From assembly GCA_000004695.1 (NCBI GenBank), contig CM000154.2, forward strand, positions 4,576,001 to 4,640,000: a DNA stretch of 64,000 bases, read 5' to 3'. Below the pieces are notes generated by a model that saw nothing but the letters and a program-made list of their open reading frames with translations, ran no database searches and was not told where the DNA came from. Below are positions 59,551 to 64,000 of the stretch, piece by piece. Position numbers and translations under genes: made by a program. Every line of letters starts with the position of its first letter. Positions within the stretch are counted from its first letter, which is position 1. The DNA is from Dictyostelium discoideum (lineage: Eukaryota).

Positions 59551-60495
59551 GAGTTAGATATTTTCCTTTATTTTTTTAAAAAAAAAAAATGCAATAAAAA
59601 CCCAAAAATATCTTACATTAAATTTTTCAAATCATAAAAAACATTTGCATTCTCGTTATAAAGAAAAGACGAATTTGATTGTTGTTTTGTGTGGGAATTC
59701 TAAAAATAAAAAAAAAAAAAATAAAAAAATAAAAAAAAAAAAAAAAAAAATTGATGGTTAGAAAAAAGAAAAAAAAAAAAGAGGTTGGGAAGTTGTTACC
59801 TTTTTGATTGAGATTTGTAAAAAATTTAGAAAACCTTTTAAAAATGAAAGGGTTTGAGTTTGTTCGGGCTTGTTTTCAAAATCATTGTATCCATATAAAT
59901 TTTTTTCGTTTTCATTATATAACGATGGTTTTAAATTTTTAATTATTTGGTGAGAAATTGATTTATAAATATTTTCAAAATTACCATTACCCAGTTTAAT
60001 TGGAAGTGTGTTGATATTATTTAAAATTGCTACTGAATTATTAATTTTAACATTAATATCCCCAATAATTGATTTAAATATTGATAATGATTTAATTTGT
60101 TGTAACTCTTTATATAATATTATATAATTATTATTATTACTGTTTAAATAGTATCGTTGATTTGTTTGATTAAATAATAAATCAAAACTAATAGTTTTAT
60201 TATTTTCAATAATTGAAATATTATTAATTTTATCTTCAAAATATAATTTATTTGGCTTAAATATTGAATCATCAAAACTAATTATACTACTTCCATTAGT
60301 AGTTGTATTAATTTTAATTAAATCATTCTTATTTTCCAATGTTACTTTTGAATTTGGTAAATCATAATTATTAAAAAGTGATAAATAACTTATTAAAAAA
60401 TTATTTGGTTGGATTATTACCTTTTTATTTTCAATCGCACCAAAAATGGATTGAATGAAATAAAATGAAATAAATATTAATAAAATTTTTTTCAT
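57267..60495 (-). CDS. Secreted protein with tandem MRH-like repeats, exons 1-6: complement(join(57267..57692,57829..58308,58384..58812,58931..59503,59617..59699,59800..60495)).
   Basis: Exon 1 has a signal peptide (MKKILLIFISFYFIQSIFGA) and a GTAACA donor, phase 0. Exons 3-6 are each about 430-570 nt, phase 2 at both ends, and each encodes one repeat ending in a C.Y...I.(S/T)K(Y/F)AC(P/Q) motif plus a (Y/F)DL..L motif (FFDLSPTSK, QYDLRSLK, VFDFSPLQNRT, YIDLRPLKT), as in mannose-6-phosphate-receptor-homology repeats. GTATGT, GTAATT and GTAAGT donors. All six exons were checked by codon counting. Confidence 0.55.
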
Positions 60496-60526
60496 TTTTA
60501 TTTGTTTTTGATATCTTACTTTTTAT

Positions 60527-60540
<14 letters not shown>

Positions 60541-60606
<66 letters not shown>

Positions 60607-61081
60607 AATAAAATAAAATAAAATTAAATAAAATAAAATGTTCAAAATTTTTTAGAATAAATCATGATTGGTTTGGTATTTTTAGCATCAAAAGATATTT
60701 CAAAGAAAAAAAAAAATAAAAAAAATGAATTGATATACACCAAGATTTTGCTCGTTTTTTTTTAAAAATTTTGAAACGATATACACTAAAATATTGAACA
60801 TTCAAGAAAAAAAATTATTTTAAATAATTTTAAATAAATAAAAAAAAACAATCAATATTTTAATGTTTACTATGAAGCATTAAAAAAACGCCATCAATAT
60901 TTTAGTGTATATTGTTTAAAATTTTTTAAAAAAAAACGAGCAAAATCTTGTTTTAAATCAATTTTTTTTATTTTTTTTTTTTCTTTGAAATATCTTTTGA
61001 TGCTAAAAATACCAAACCAATCATGATTTATTCTAAAAAATTTTGAACATTTTATTTTATTTAATTTTATTTTATTTTATT

Positions 61082-61134
<53 letters not shown>
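60541..61134. repeat. Roughly 600-bp palindrome: A64, 101-bp perfect arm, imperfect inner arms, about 60-bp centre, 101-bp arm, T51.
   Basis: 60605..60705 is the exact reverse complement of 60983..61083. Inner segments 60706-60810 and 60880-60982 are about 80% reverse-complementary. The flanking homopolymers are A(n) on the left and T(n) on the right. It lies between the divergent starts of the minus-strand gene (ATG 60495) and the DNase II gene (ATG 61184). Confidence 0.85.
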
Positions 61135-61142
<8 letters not shown>

Positions 61143-61183
61143 GCAAGAAACGATTAATTAAATAATTAAATAAATATTAAAGA

Positions 61184-63849
<2,666 letters not shown>

Positions 63850-64000
63850 AAAATTAATAATCAAAAAAAAAAACACTGTTTTTAAAAAAAAAAATAATAA
63901 AAAAAAAAATCTAAAAAATTATTGTGCGTTTTTAGCAAATTAATCATAAAAAAAAAAATTAAAAAAATTCACCCAAGTCGAACAAAAAAAAAATAAAAAA

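Overview
This is 64 kb of nuclear DNA from a Dictyostelium-type social amoeba. The call rests on composition: about 75-80% A+T, poly(A)/poly(T) intergenic tracts, short AT-rich GT..AG introns, (AAT)n and (CAA)n coding repeats that give polyN and polyQ, and a 100-N assembly gap at 14602-14701. It is eukaryotic, so operon and CRISPR logic does not apply, and most genes are split by introns. I reconstructed the exons by hand from the six-frame track. Splice coordinates should be treated as +/-1-2 nt, and one 1-nt inconsistency with the ORF track (near 62.78 kb) could not be resolved.

Recognisable genes, left to right:
- a JmjC/cupin protein and a C2-domain protein;
- a large GBF1/Gea/GNOM-type Sec7 Arf-GEF (4 exons; N-terminus and Sec7 core align well with human GBF1);
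- a HemK2/N6AMT1-like methyltransferase disabled by an in-frame TAG and a frameshift;
- MED20;
- a Rab1-like GTPase;
- a DUF218 (YdcF/SanA) protein;
- a huge polyQ/polyN Myb/SANT protein;
- HDDC2 (HD-domain 5'-nucleotidase) and NAXD (NAD(P)HX dehydratase, 4 exons);
- a DNase II homologue with a long C-terminal extension;
- several N-rich proteins of unknown function.

Three regions stand out:
- 27.6-37.4 kb: nine tandem Rab-like small-GTPase paralogs on the minus strand, of three subtypes. Several have degenerate P-loop or switch II motifs, and the array contains truncated copies, an inverted fragment, and a fragment of the neighbouring HDDC2 gene.
- 52.2-60.5 kb: one probable giant minus-strand gene, possibly two. 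It encodes a signal peptide, tandem Cys-rich repeats resembling mannose-6-phosphate-receptor-homology (MRH) domains, each carried on a phase-2/phase-2 exon, and then IPT/TIG repeats and a hydrophobic segment. Just upstream lies an LRR-EGF-IPT type I membrane protein.
- 60.54-61.13 kb: a roughly 600-bp near-perfect palindrome between two divergent genes.

Also present: a duplicated gene with a decayed second copy, and an unusually GC-rich, frameshifted secreted-protein ORF next to 21-bp tandem repeats.
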